From assembly GCF_963853765.1 (NCBI RefSeq), contig NC_088854.1, forward strand, positions 48,980,001 to 49,044,000: 64,000 nucleotides of DNA, given 5' to 3'. This DNA is from Magallana gigas. Taxonomy: Eukaryota. Below the pieces are notes generated by a model. It worked only from the letters and a program-made list of their open reading frames with translations. It ran no database searches and had not been told where the DNA came from. How positions within the stretch are numbered: position 1 is the first letter of the stretch; each line of letters opens with the position of its first letter. A program made the translations under genes and the position numbers. This document shows, in pieces, positions 23,401 to 32,540 of this stretch.

Positions 23401-25857
23401 ATAGGACCTAGTGTGCTTATGGTTTGGACCACTGTGTCAAAAGATGTATAGGTAACTGTAGTGAACTGTGGGTCTATGTGTTCATTAATACTGAAAGAGG
23501 GTGGGTAGGATAAGTGTGTTATCATACGCCATCCACCGTCAGCTTTGGGTACAACACCTATGGGAGATACATGTAAATTAGGCATGGGTGGGAGTAAGTA
23601 TGGGCCAGACATTCGACCTGCCGTAACTTCACTATATATTTTTTCCAAGAGAACCTCCTCGCTGTCGGAAGCTGAACTCAAGTTTTTTGAGAAAACTGAA
23701 ATGCGTGGTCCAGAGTATTGCAATTTAAAGCCATGTTTTAGACCATCCTCTAAATACCTTGCCGAGACCCTATCTGGGTATTGACTCAAATAATTGCTAA
23801 TTGCGCTAATGATTATGGGAGAATACCCTAGGACCCAAATGTCTCTGGGGTTGACGAGGGTTTCCTGCCCAATGTTGGTTGGTGCGTGTTTGGTGTGCTG
23901 GTGTCTGATACCTGAATGTGGCATAAGAGTTGTTGCGGACTGGAGTGGATGCCCGAAAGGAATTATTTGCATGACCCGGGGGTGGGTTAGCACTGTTGCA
24001 CAACATAGATGGATGGGTGCCATTGCATTTAAGGCATCGGTGTATGTACGGACAATGGGGCTTGTAACAGTTTGCTTTGAGATTGTAATCAAAGCACTTG
24101 TGGTGTTGGGTACTAGAAGATTTATTTGAATTGGCAGTCATGTATAATAACCAAAGCTCATTATCTATGATTCCCCAGTTCTGTGACGGGTTGTGTGCGA
24201 TCCTTAGCCTAAATTGTTCATCGTACGAAACCCACCCATTAGAATTCTGTGCCCCTAAGCGAACGTCGTGCATATATTTAATAAGCTGTTGCGATCTAAG
24301 TGGGTGCACTGCAGTGTAAATGCTGAAATAAATGAGAAATGCATCTGTCCATTTTTCGATAGATGTTATTCTGGTTGTGGGTTTTGGTTGTGATATGATG
24401 TTACCCTGCGCATCAATTGTGAGAGTAGATGTTGCATGGGCATTAGTGGGGTCCCTTACCAATAATGTTCCCAGATTGACAAATTCGCCCTTGATGATTT
24501 TTTGCTTAATTGGTTGGTTTACATGATACCCAATGGGAACTGTAATAGAGTTGATTGGTTCGGGAGTAGGCTGATGGGTTGAGGTGATAATGGAAGTTAT
24601 CCCTGTATCTGTACATGAAGATGTGAGACTAGAATTGACAGGCGAAATGAGGCCGGGCATTAGAGTGGTGGATTGTTGTAATGTTGCTACAGGGGGGTTA
24701 AAAATCTCATTACCCGCCTGATCCTGGGCTTGCTGTGGTGGGGCTGCCTGTTGTAACAGTGCCGCCTGATGCTGTGGGGCTGCCTGGGGTAGTTGGACTG
24801 CCTGGGGCTGAGGGGGTGCCAGTTGAGCCTGGACATCTTGTTCGTTATTGTTGGTCTGTTGGCGTTGAGCCCTGCGCCGGCCTGGCCTGCGTGCTTGTCC
24901 TGGGTCTTGAGTATCACGGGCAGCCGCCCGTTTAAGTTGTCTCTTCGGCCTTGGCATTGACCCCGTTGATCTCGTGGTATTTTAAAACAAAAGCGAAAAT
25001 TGTTACCTAATTAATTTGTAAATAAATCAATGTTAATCAATTTCATAAAATTCTATTGGTATATTGGTAGCTAAGCCGAAAAAAGCAGTAAATTTAAGAT
25101 CAAGCTAAAATAATGTGCGCCATTGAAGATTGCACTCGAGAGATTGTTGCATCTAAATCCATACAATCAAAGGACCTCAGTGGCCATCGAGCGGAAATCG
25201 GTGGCAGATATGCCTTTTCTCGACTTAATAAAATTGATAAAAGTATTTGAACGACTAAATTAATCTAAAGAGTATACTTTATTACGGAGAATTAAAACAT
25301 GTCTTACCAGTTTCAAGAAGAATCCAGAAATGATGCAAAAGGAGGCCTAATTTTAAAGCGAGTATATTCAACCGGAAAAATTCCGGAAAAACATAAACAC
25401 TATTTATAGGTCCTTGGATAAATTTGCATATCTTTGACAAGCCAAGATATGCCGTATTATTTGCAAGAAACTTACGGCATTTGCCTGGGTGCTTGATATC
25501 TAACAACATATTTTTTCTGGGGCAAAGTCATCGTGCTGAATAAAGACCACATTTATCATTATCAGGATAATCTATCCTAAAAACCTATGGAGTTAGATTC
25601 AATGATATTTAAGCTAGATAACGGTTTGTTAGTACTAAAGATAAATTCAGTCGTATTGGTTTCCTTGACTATTGTAAGGCATGTTAATGGCATGTTGATA
25701 CTGTACTGTAATAAATGTCGCTTAAATTGTTGCACCCATCGCTTTTTCAGTTTTTATCAATCTTTTTATTTGAAATATCTTTTTTATAGATTTAAAGGAT
25801 GACAAATTCGTTACTCAGAATACTGAGGAATATGCAAACACATCATTTATGGAGTAA
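6787..25857 (+). CDS. Ig/FnIII single-pass receptor, copy 1, 3' portion (nephrin/hemicentin-like IgSF; 5' exons outside the window)
   Basis: Exons: 6787-7047 (Ig), 8124-8411 (Ig-like), 8879-9169 (FnIII; alternative acceptor 8873), 13865-13984 (TM GMVVGSVGGALVLITIVLILGIV then HRRFTCIC), 14417-14435, 14816-14868, 15133-15154, 17040-17104, 17430-17448, 18094-18179, 25790-25857 (TAA). All GT-AG and phase-consistent with no stops. Nearly every exon has a same-sized or near-same-sized counterpart in copy 2. Confidence 0.85.
7170..7547. mobile_element. Short non-autonomous element with a large terminal hairpin (Crypton-like, family uncertain)
   Basis: Hairpin 7400-7542 with ~65-bp imperfect arms (ATAAATAG..CCAACC / GGTTGAC..CTATTTAT) and a CTGATTGG motif near the 5' end. 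The family assignment is from memory of bivalve repeats only. Confidence 0.5.
8581..8787. mobile_element. MITE with TA TSD (Tc1/mariner-type)
   Basis: TIR CTGTGGTATCATTAATATTCA vs TGAATATTGATGAAACCACAG. TA at 8579-8580 and 8788-8789. Confidence 0.8.
9871..10007. repeat. Short interspersed repeat ending GATCCCCGCATG (same family as 28493-28674)
   Basis: Shares the TTTTACTATGTAAA core and a GATC..GCATG end with the 28.5-kb copy. Confidence 0.45.
11915..11989 (+). repeat. (GA)n microsatellite
   Basis: Read directly. Confidence 0.97.
12168..12258 (+). repeat. Compound (CTGT)n(CT)n microsatellite
   Basis: Read directly. Confidence 0.97.
15465..16372 (+). mobile_element. Degenerate Helentron/HINE-type non-autonomous element with a satellite-like monomer
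   Basis: The 3' end TGTTGCTTAGGTGAGGTGGCCCACGAGCCTCCTGGTTT and the internal GAAAGCATCCTTAAGTAATGTAGATTC..CAAGTTCTTACATAGG resemble oyster HINE/Cg170-type repeats as recalled, not searched. 5' boundary is approximate. Confidence 0.55.
15773..15989. mobile_element. MITE nested in the HINE-like element
   Basis: TIR CTGTAAACGAACTTTTATTTGCG vs GCGAATAAAAGTTGGTTTACAG. TA on the right, AA on the left. Confidence 0.75.
17449..17497 (+). repeat. (TATC)n microsatellite directly after a 19-nt microexon donor
   Basis: Read directly; a degenerate counterpart lies at 53441-53515 in copy 2. Confidence 0.95.
20717..21383 (-). CDS. Ngaro ORF4, SGNH/GDSL hydrolase; split by a +1 shift in a G8 run (21227-21234)
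   Basis: Block I VWIVGSS is in the 21222-21455 frame. Blocks II WQGYSG, III HCGANN and V DGVH are in the 20717-21250 frame. G7 instead of G8 would join them as SRQGGLNLNL. Confidence 0.85.
21358..22320 (-). CDS. Ngaro ORF3, tyrosine recombinase (320 aa)
   Basis: Complete catalytic set: LLRIGE (R), SKTDQ (K), HSFR (H-x-x-R), GRW (W), TYIR (Y). Confidence 0.95.
   Translation of the reverse strand: MGSLSSSSTLCRPSSAGHSSPIPDITLTSHIQSLFNASVAVNTRQTHTAGINSFETFRRSHNLPSLWPPLDTHITRFIAYLSLSGYKYSTAQSYIAAISFYSKAIYNVDPTNHFIIRKLLQGMQRTTLHKDTRLPITLQLLNKIIPTLQTVCNTIYETKLFTAAFTLAFHALLRIGEFTVSKGNTPATIIQFHDITMQQTNIQLTICHSKTDQLGVGANLQIPASNGVACPFAAMHAYLHMRTSQTGPLFIHFEGQPLTRYQFITILKRCLNAIGVDSSNYNSHSFRIGAATTLAIQGVHSDVIQGSGRWRSNAFRTYIR
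22197..24092 (-). CDS. Ngaro ORF2, reverse transcriptase-RNase H
   Basis: RT motifs KVDIKNAFR, LPFGC and HYLDD. RNase H motifs YTDS, FLEL, HVDN and IADSISR. Overlaps ORF1 and ORF3 in other frames. Confidence 0.95.
   Translation of the reverse strand: MITISKQTVTSPIVRTYTDALNAMAPIHLCCATVLTHPRVMQIIPFGHPLQSATTLMPHSGIRHQHTKHAPTNIGQETLVNPRDIWVLGYSPIIISAISNYLSQYPDRVSARYLEDGLKHGFKLQYSGPRISVFSKNLSSASDSEEVLLEKIYSEVTAGRMSGPYLLPPMPNLHVSPIGVVPKADGGWRMITHLSYPPSFSINEHIDPQFTTVTYTSFDTVVQTISTLGPMALLAKVDIKNAFRLLPIYPGDFELLGIYINGAYYIDKCLPFGCSISCKIFETFSTFLEWAVKFKTQLDTVHHYLDDFIFIGKSNSDNCSALMHTFQDICSEIGVPLNQDKTIEPTTKLTFLGLEIDTVNMLVQIPVSKVQELKLLLQHWVTQKKILLSQLESLVGKLNFVSKAIPGSRAFNRRFYNVMSGVPSPYHHIRITNPIREDMFTWLQFLDNFNGVVYFPDTEWVTLDTLQLYTDSAGSGHLGCGSFFQGQWVHFTWPSSWLNKPILRDITFLELVPIVLAFMIWGLRLQNKKVILHVDNISLVHILNKQSAKSPRVMVLVRSLVLMALKHNIQFKAQHIPGKSNIIADSISRKQWEVFRAAAPYADLHPQAIPALFQTLLSQVTSNHCSTLQLL
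23806..24957 (-). CDS. Ngaro ORF1, gag-like (383 aa)
   Basis: Basic and Gln/Pro/Ala-rich N-terminus, W..YDEQFR motif, Cys/His knuckle CFDYNLKANC..PHCPYIHRCLKCNGTH. First ORF after repeat A1. Confidence 0.85.
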   Translation of the reverse strand: MPRPKRQLKRAAARDTQDPGQARRPGRRRAQRQQTNNNEQDVQAQLAPPQPQAVQLPQAAPQHQAALLQQAAPPQQAQDQAGNEIFNPPVATLQQSTTLMPGLISPVNSSLTSSCTDTGITSIITSTHQPTPEPINSITVPIGYHVNQPIKQKIIKGEFVNLGTLLVRDPTNAHATSTLTIDAQGNIISQPKPTTRITSIEKWTDAFLIYFSIYTAVHPLRSQQLIKYMHDVRLGAQNSNGWVSYDEQFRLRIAHNPSQNWGIIDNELWLLYMTANSNKSSSTQHHKCFDYNLKANCYKPHCPYIHRCLKCNGTHPSMLCNSANPPPGHANNSFRASTPVRNNSYATFRYQTPAHQTRTNQHWAGNPRQPQRHLGPRVFSHNH

Positions 25858-27365
25858 ACCATTTTCCAAACAATGCACACACAAACATGTGAAAAGGGTC
25901 TGGACCATTCCTTCAAATACTGTGCGGGAATTATCGTTCTCTAATAGGACATTGTTTTGATTTAATTAAAAACATGAGTATTGTCTCTACAATTAAACTA
26001 GTTTATTCATTTTGAGTTACTTTTATGATATTTATAATGTATAAATAAATATGTCTTCCAGATATTCAAACTGCGATGATATTTATTTTGTTGTTTTGAA
26101 GAACTAGTTTTTGTCCTTCTACATTTTTGTTTTCTAGATATGTATATATTTCAAATTACAATGCCTCTTTATCATTTAATAATTATCTGATTTGTTAAAA
26201 GAAACACTGTTTGTTTTTGCCTTGTTTTCTTGTTTGGTAATAAAATATAGGCTGTCACCAAAGGCCAATGTGGGCGCTGAAAAGTTAGACATGTCATCAT
26301 GATACATACAAAATGTAATTTCGCAAAAACGTTTAAATATTGTCAATATAAGATGAAAATGCTTAGTCGACAAAAACCGGATTTACTGTGCTTTAAATGG
26401 AGATGTGTTTTAGTGATTTGAAAAGGCATGCTCTGTATTCCTCTAACATTGACCGGTGGTAAACGTTTGTGACAGTTAGACATGAGTAAACGCCATATTT
26501 TTACTGTCCGTGAGAGTATATCAAACCGATATCACACAGTTCATCAGTTCCTGATGCGTAGTGGATTTGTATTTCCCGGTAATTGTTTGTTATTCAAACG
26601 TTGAAGACTGAGATTAACCAATTTAAAAACCAAAACAAACTTTCATACTAGTTTTATTTGCTTGTTTGCTACTACAATGACATTTTTATTAGTAGATTTC
26701 CGTTTATTTTTTTGTTTTACAACAGTCAGTTATTTGTCAGCTTTATCGGGTGAGGTATGATTGTATGTTCAGAAAAAATACATTCTTTTTAGTATTAATA
26801 TAACTTTTACATTGTTATTTCTCTGTCTAAATGTTGATCGGAGTTTTCCGTATCCTGTTTCGTGTGAACTGGACAGATGCTTTGAAAATGTTTAAGCTAA
26901 TAATATTGAGCTTCATTCAAGTTTCTGTCTGCATGCTTTGTTTATATGTACATTATGTTGATATTGTTGATCGATAAAACAATTGTTCTGTACAGTGGGC
27001 AGAGAAGTGTTTTGCATCGCATACAGTTAGTGTATTGTTAAAGAATACATTATTATACTGTATTTGTCCATATTATATTACAGTAGAAATTTTATGACCT
27101 AGAGGAAAAAATGATGTTTGTATTGCAAAATGTTGACTTTTAGCGTTTCTTTTCCTTTATAAATAATATTGAAATACGTCCTCATTTCTTTTTTATTTAA
27201 TAACGATTATTCATTTGAGAAGAAACCATTTAACAATGCAAGTGTCATTTAAAAGTAAGGTAGATAAAAAGAGCAATGCATTCAAGATCTGAGTTTAAAA
27301 AACCATTTATTTCCTTTTGATTACAATAGGTGCATTTTACCCTATTAAACCTGCTTTAAAAATAA

Positions 27366-27500
27366 NNNNNNNNNNNNNNNNNNNNNNNNNNNNNNNNNNN
27401 NNNNNNNNNNNNNNNNNNNNNNNNNNNNNNNNNNNNNNNNNNNNNNNNNNNNNNNNNNNNNNNNNNNNNNNNNNNNNNNNNNNNNNNNNNNNNNNNNNNN
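27366..27500. other. Assembly gap (135 N)
   Basis: Run of N. Confidence 1.
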
Positions 27501-27559
27501 ATATCACACAGTATAAATAATCAAAAAAGAAAAAGAAAATGAACAGTTCCAAAGTTTCT

Positions 27560-27602
27560 ATTCACTAGCGCTTTCTGGATTTACATCCTTCTTCAGGTGA
27601 AT
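27560..27602 (-). ncRNA. Mirror copy of the hammerhead motif on the minus strand
   Basis: Exact reverse complement of 27627-27669. Confidence 0.7.
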
Positions 27603-27626
27603 GTACATAAGTTATGACTTATGTAC

Positions 27627-27669
27627 ATTCACCTGAAGAAGGATGTAAATCCAGAAAGCGCTAGTGAAT
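27627..27669 (+). ncRNA. Minimal type I hammerhead ribozyme motif (Penelope-like element type)
   Basis: Stem I ATTCAC/GTGAAT; core CTGAAGA; stem II GGAT-GTAA-ATCC with an extra A on each side; GAA; palindromic stem III AGCGCT; CUA triplet with predicted cut at 27663/27664. Confidence 0.7.
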
Positions 27670-27707
27670 AGAAACTTTGGAACTGTTCATTTTCTTTTTC
27701 TTTTTTG

Positions 27708-27709
<2 letters not shown>

Positions 27710-27777
<68 letters not shown>
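27710..27777. repeat. (TA)n microsatellite
   Basis: Read directly. Confidence 0.97.
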
Positions 27778-27780
<3 letters not shown>

Positions 27781-28492
27781 CAAATTTGTTTTCATTTTTT
27801 ATAATGGAAAAAAGCCGGTTGCTGAAAAGTTATTTAAGCGGGCAGGGATCGGATAGATTATCTATTCTGAAATTGATCATAATTCATGTAATCTGAATTC
27901 TTTTTCTTGCATCCGACTGAAAAATTACAAACGTTTTCTGCTCCTACCTGTTATGTTTTTAATTTAATGTTGCTACAATGTTCCAAAAAATATATTAATT
28001 TATCAGAGATACAAAAACATATGTTATATGTTTTGATTTTATAATTTTAAACCTGTAGCCATTGGGCACTATTTATAGCGTATAGCTTGTTGAACAGGTA
28101 TTCAAGTTAAACACGATCTTCACTTATTTGAAGGCTTTTCTTTGCCGCATTTACACAATTCCCACCCACCCACCCGCTTATTAAGTGACATTTTAAAATC
28201 AAAGAACTGTGCATAATAAAATGTGATTTGCCTTATTTCAGTAAAAAGTTTAAATACTAGTAATCTTTATATGTGCATGTATATGTATAGATAATTTTTA
28301 TTCGGTTGAGTGAAACAAATAAGGACATAATTTCCTTTTTTGTTTTGAAAATGTAAACCCCATGATATCGCAAATATCTGTATGTTCATATTGATTTTGT
28401 TTCAAAACGGGAGTGGGGGTGTTGTGCATTATTTCTTTTTTCTAAGTTTAATTTTTATGGTAAATTTTACTATACTTTTTAACACTCTCAGA

Positions 28493-28674
28493 CATACGCG
28501 GATCCAGAAAAAAATATTTCGATGGAGGGGGAAGGTTCAATGAATATTTTTGTTTGCCGGAAAATTACGAGGTCCGTTGACTATTTTCTGTTATTTTACT
28601 ATGTAAAAATGATTAAACTTGAACATTCTATGGTGAAGAAGACCCCCTCCAATCCTCCTCTTGATTTGCGCATG
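28493..28674. repeat. Short interspersed element with imperfect CATGCGCGGATC-type terminal inverted repeats
   Basis: CATACGCGGATC at the 5' end and GATTTGCGCATG at the 3' end; related to 9871-10007. Confidence 0.5.
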
Positions 28675-29729
28675 TCCAAAATAAGTTTCATAAGTGTAGA
28701 TTTAGGCAAACGCATGTTTTTAAATAAAGAAGGTTGAAGCTTTCTTTCCCCTTTCCTTGTGCAACGCTACTACACATGTATTATAAAGCGTGCACTATTT
28801 ATTTAAAAAGAGTCATATAATATATTGTACGCGTGTGCGAAGTACAGTGATATGGGTGTTATTGTAATAACTGGAGATTTTAATAGTCGTGTTGTTGAAT
28901 CAAAAGATTATGTTGAATATGATATTTTGTCAAACGATTTGTTAAATAACATGCCTGCATTTTTGTCATATGATAAGGATTATATTTGTTCACTTAAATC
29001 GAAAGGAAAACATGTCAATAATTTTGGTCGTAGATTACTCGAACTATGTCGAGCCTCTGGTCTTAGAATATGTAATGGCAGGGTTTCTGGAGATACTCGG
29101 GGCAAATATACATTTTTTAATCATATATGTTCGAGTGCCGTAGATTATGTTTTAATTAGTAAAGACAATTTTGATGCCATCGAGAGTGTTACTGTGAAAG
29201 ATTTAAATGAATGGTCAGACCACGCTCCAGTTGAATTGTGTATTCATAATGTTAAAAGCTATCAACGATATAACAATAAAAACATTTTCTGTAGTAATGT
29301 AAGTACGGCTGGCAGTGTATTTAGATGGAATGAGGAAGCTGTTTAGTCAATGAGATGTATTTTATACTGTAAGGTGTCTTTTTGAGAAAATGGACTGTGG
29401 GATCCTTAGTTTAGATCAGGTTGTGAATAATTTCACTAGTATATTAAACAGTGCTTTTATGCCTTTTTGGGAGTTGATTTTAATAAATTCTCCTATGCAG
29501 TTACTCAGACAAACCGAAAGTAAACAGTGTTTGGACCTCAGCACAAATCATTCCTGCTGACAAGACTTAGTTCTTGAAAATAATTGATAAACTCGATGTA
29601 ATGTATGCTACAGCATTGTTTTTCAAGGAAACTTATCTATAAATACCTTGAAAATAGTCAGATTTTAAATGGTACGAACAATTTAAATATTTTTTGTAGT
29701 CGTATGTATTCCTACGCCAGAGTTCAATA

Positions 29730-29819
29730 AAGTCTCGTTTAACTCGACGCTCGGCTTTCTCCGTAAATCCTTGTCGGAGATATACGGTGTATAGCCGAGC
29801 GTTTGGTTGAACGAGACTA
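29730..29819. mobile_element. ~90-bp hairpin mini-element within the insertion that interrupts the LINE
   Basis: Imperfect ~26-bp arms AGTCTCGTTTAACTCGACGCTCGGCT / AGCCGAGCGTTTGGTTGAACGAGACT. Confidence 0.65.
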
Positions 29820-32229
29820 GAGTGTAATATTGCTTGGATCCATACAATTTTCGAGAAATATTTCTATTACCTATATATAGTTTGATTGAATTAATTTTAT
29901 CTTTAAATATAATTCAACATGATTCATATGGGGGTTTCTCGACATTATCGTCAAAATATTATAAAAATGTGCGTAATTCAGCTTCCTGAATTGGAAACTA
30001 CATGTACTTGTCATGCAAAATAACATATCATTGATTTTAAAATGAATAAACATCGACAAAATCAACTCCGGTCAGTTCTTCAGTACTTTGATTGTAGTGT
30101 ATCTAACTTTTCATGTGGTTCGTCTATTAACACTATGTCTTCTAGTAGTAATAAGCAATGGTTCGATGACAAGTGTAAAGAACTCTGCATAGTATCTAAA
30201 AGCTCCTTACGTATTTTAATTGGAAAAGGTCTGTTCAAAATCGTATCACTTTATGTGAACATAAAAAGCATGTACTTTGAAAGAGGTTTGTCAGACAAGA
30301 AGGTAATAAACTCAACTATTTAAGAAAATACACTCCAAAACAGTTTTACAAGGTTTTCAAGAAAAGAAAAACAATCAACAGTACTTTAGATTTAGATGCT
30401 TTTTATCAACATTTTAAGAGTGTTTGTTACGTTGATGAAAATACTGTATACATTGAAAGTCAATTTTCTGTGCAGGCGAGTACTGAGGCTGTTTTTAGTG
30501 AATTAGATAAAGCTATAGACGAAGAGGAATTACTTTCTGTATTAAAAAAATTAAAATGTGGTAGAGCTGCTGGAACAGATTATCTGTTAAATGAATATTT
30601 TGTTACATTTAAAGATTTTTTTCTACCAGTTTAGTTAGACTTCTTAATAAAATTTTTGATGCAGGTACTTTCCCAAGGAGCTTGTCTGTGGGTGTAATAA
30701 TTCCACTTTTTAAAAAATATAACACCAATGATGTAAACAACTACATGGGAATAACTCTGGTTAGTAATCTAGCAAAAATATTTACCAATGTGTTGAACAA
30801 TAAATGATTTCGCTGGTCTGACGACAATGGTATTATAAGCGATGCACAATTTGGGTTTTCAGCCAGGGTATAGTACCATAGATGCCATTTTTGCACTTAC
30901 GAGTTTAATATCTTTGTATTTGAAAAAGAGAAAGAAATATATTGTTGTTTTGTTGATTATAGAAAAGCGTTTGATAGTGTGAATAGAAACAAGCTATTGT
31001 ACAAACTTGCCAAGGTAAAATCATGTGTCAGATATAAGTCTGTACCGTCAAATCATTTTACGTCTACAACTGGACTTATGCAAGGGGAGGCATTGTCACC
31101 TTTTCTATTTTCTCTATATATCAATGATTTTAAAATGGATTTTATACGAAGTCGCTGTTAACCTGTTGATCTCAGAGACCTTTCGCTTTGTTTTTTAATG
31201 TATGCTGATGACACTTTCTTAAAAGCTAATTCACGAGAAAGTCTGCAGAGTATGTTGAATCAACTGTATCAATTTAGTAATGATTGGAATATTGCAATTG
31301 GTGTGAACACTGATAAAACAAAAACAGTTGTTTTTCGACATGCGGGCAAATGTTTAAAAATGATGTTTGGACTAATGACCATAAGCATATTGAGGTTGTT
31401 AATTGTTTCAATTATTTAGGAATGAACCTTAATTTCAATGGGAATTTTAATGTTACACAGAAAACAATTGCAATGCAGGGTAGGAAATGTATGTTTTGTA
31501 TTCAGAAGGTGTGTAATGAAACTTATTTAAATATTGAGACTAAATTAAGCATTTTTGATACATATGTATCTAGCGTCCTTAACTATGGCTCCGAGATATG
31601 GGGTTTTCATTCTGGTGATGAAATAGTTCGAGTTCACACAAAATTTTGTAAAAGAATTTTGAAAGTTAAAAAATCTACGTCAAACTTCATGGTTTATTAA
31701 GAGTTACATGTAGGTTGTCTATCCATGATTATTATGCGTAAATTGCGCATCATTAAGTATGGGTTGAAATTGATTAAAACAGAAAATTGTATATTACACA
31801 ATATTTATGATTGGCTTCACAATTGATACCAAATACATGGTGTTTTAATGTCACAGAATTATTTGTATCACTGGTACATGTATGCATGAAGTATGGCTTT
31901 TATGGAGTGTGGCTAGCACTAATGTTTTCTTAAAAATTGTAAAGCAGAGGTTGTCTGATATTTTTATACAGGATAGAGATGCATTTTTCGATTCATCCTC
32001 TAAACGTTTATTGTACACCTGCTGGACACTTTTTCCTTACAATTTTATTTGCGTAAAAATATTTTGGAAAACCTTGTTGTCCTTTTAACAAAACATCGAC
32101 TGTCATCGCATATGCTTTTGGTAGAGCAAGGCCGTTATAATGGAATTGTCAGATCGATGCGCATCTGCAAATATTGTAGCTTAGGTGAAGTCGAGGATGA
32201 ATTTCATTTTATACTAATCTGTCCTTTTT

Positions 32230-32540
32230 AAAGCGCTAAGCATAGCTCAGCGCTTTATTGTCGTTAGACTTCTACTTCCGGTGCAAGGAATAACCGCCCC
32301 CTATGAGCAGAAGTTTACATCATTTAAACTGGTTAGGGAACCAGTTTCAGGAGCTGCACGGGCTAGTACGGGCTACTGTGAATTTGATGTACAGGGCTTA
32401 CATACATCATTGCAGGGGCTGCCACGCAGTGATGAGGAAATATATCGCGTATACAGAAACTAAAATGTTATATACATACATGTATATCTTTTACAAACAG
32501 AAGCTGGGTTGGCGCTTTTCAGTACTATGAGTACTTTGAT
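32230..32540. mobile_element. ~310-bp insertion into a T-run of the LINE, Helentron-type non-autonomous candidate
   Basis: Removing it restores LINE coding (CPF-YKCLR..). No TSD. Terminal hairpin AAAGCGCT-11nt-AGCGCTTT and a small palindrome AGTACT-ATG-AGTACT near the other end. Confidence 0.5.

Larger units (their letters stand above)
19172..25460 (-). mobile_element. Ngaro-type (split direct repeat) tyrosine-recombinase retrotransposon, near-intact, 6289 bp
   Basis: Minus-strand order A1-gag-RT/RH-YR-SGNH-B1-A2-spacer-B2. A repeat is 205 bp (25256-25460 = 19872-20076). B repeat is 496 bp (20073-20568 = 19172-19667, one visible mismatch). AATAAA on the minus strand in B. Inserted antisense in the last intron of receptor copy 1. 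Confidence 0.95.
27517..27712. repeat. Perfect palindrome: 96-bp arms and 4-nt loop, probably an inverted Penelope-like pLTR remnant
   Basis: 27517-27612 is the exact reverse complement of 27617-27712. Confidence 0.9.

Noticed and set aside
27317-27896. ORFs spanning the N-run or (TA)n
   Set aside because: They are artefacts of the gap and the microsatellite.
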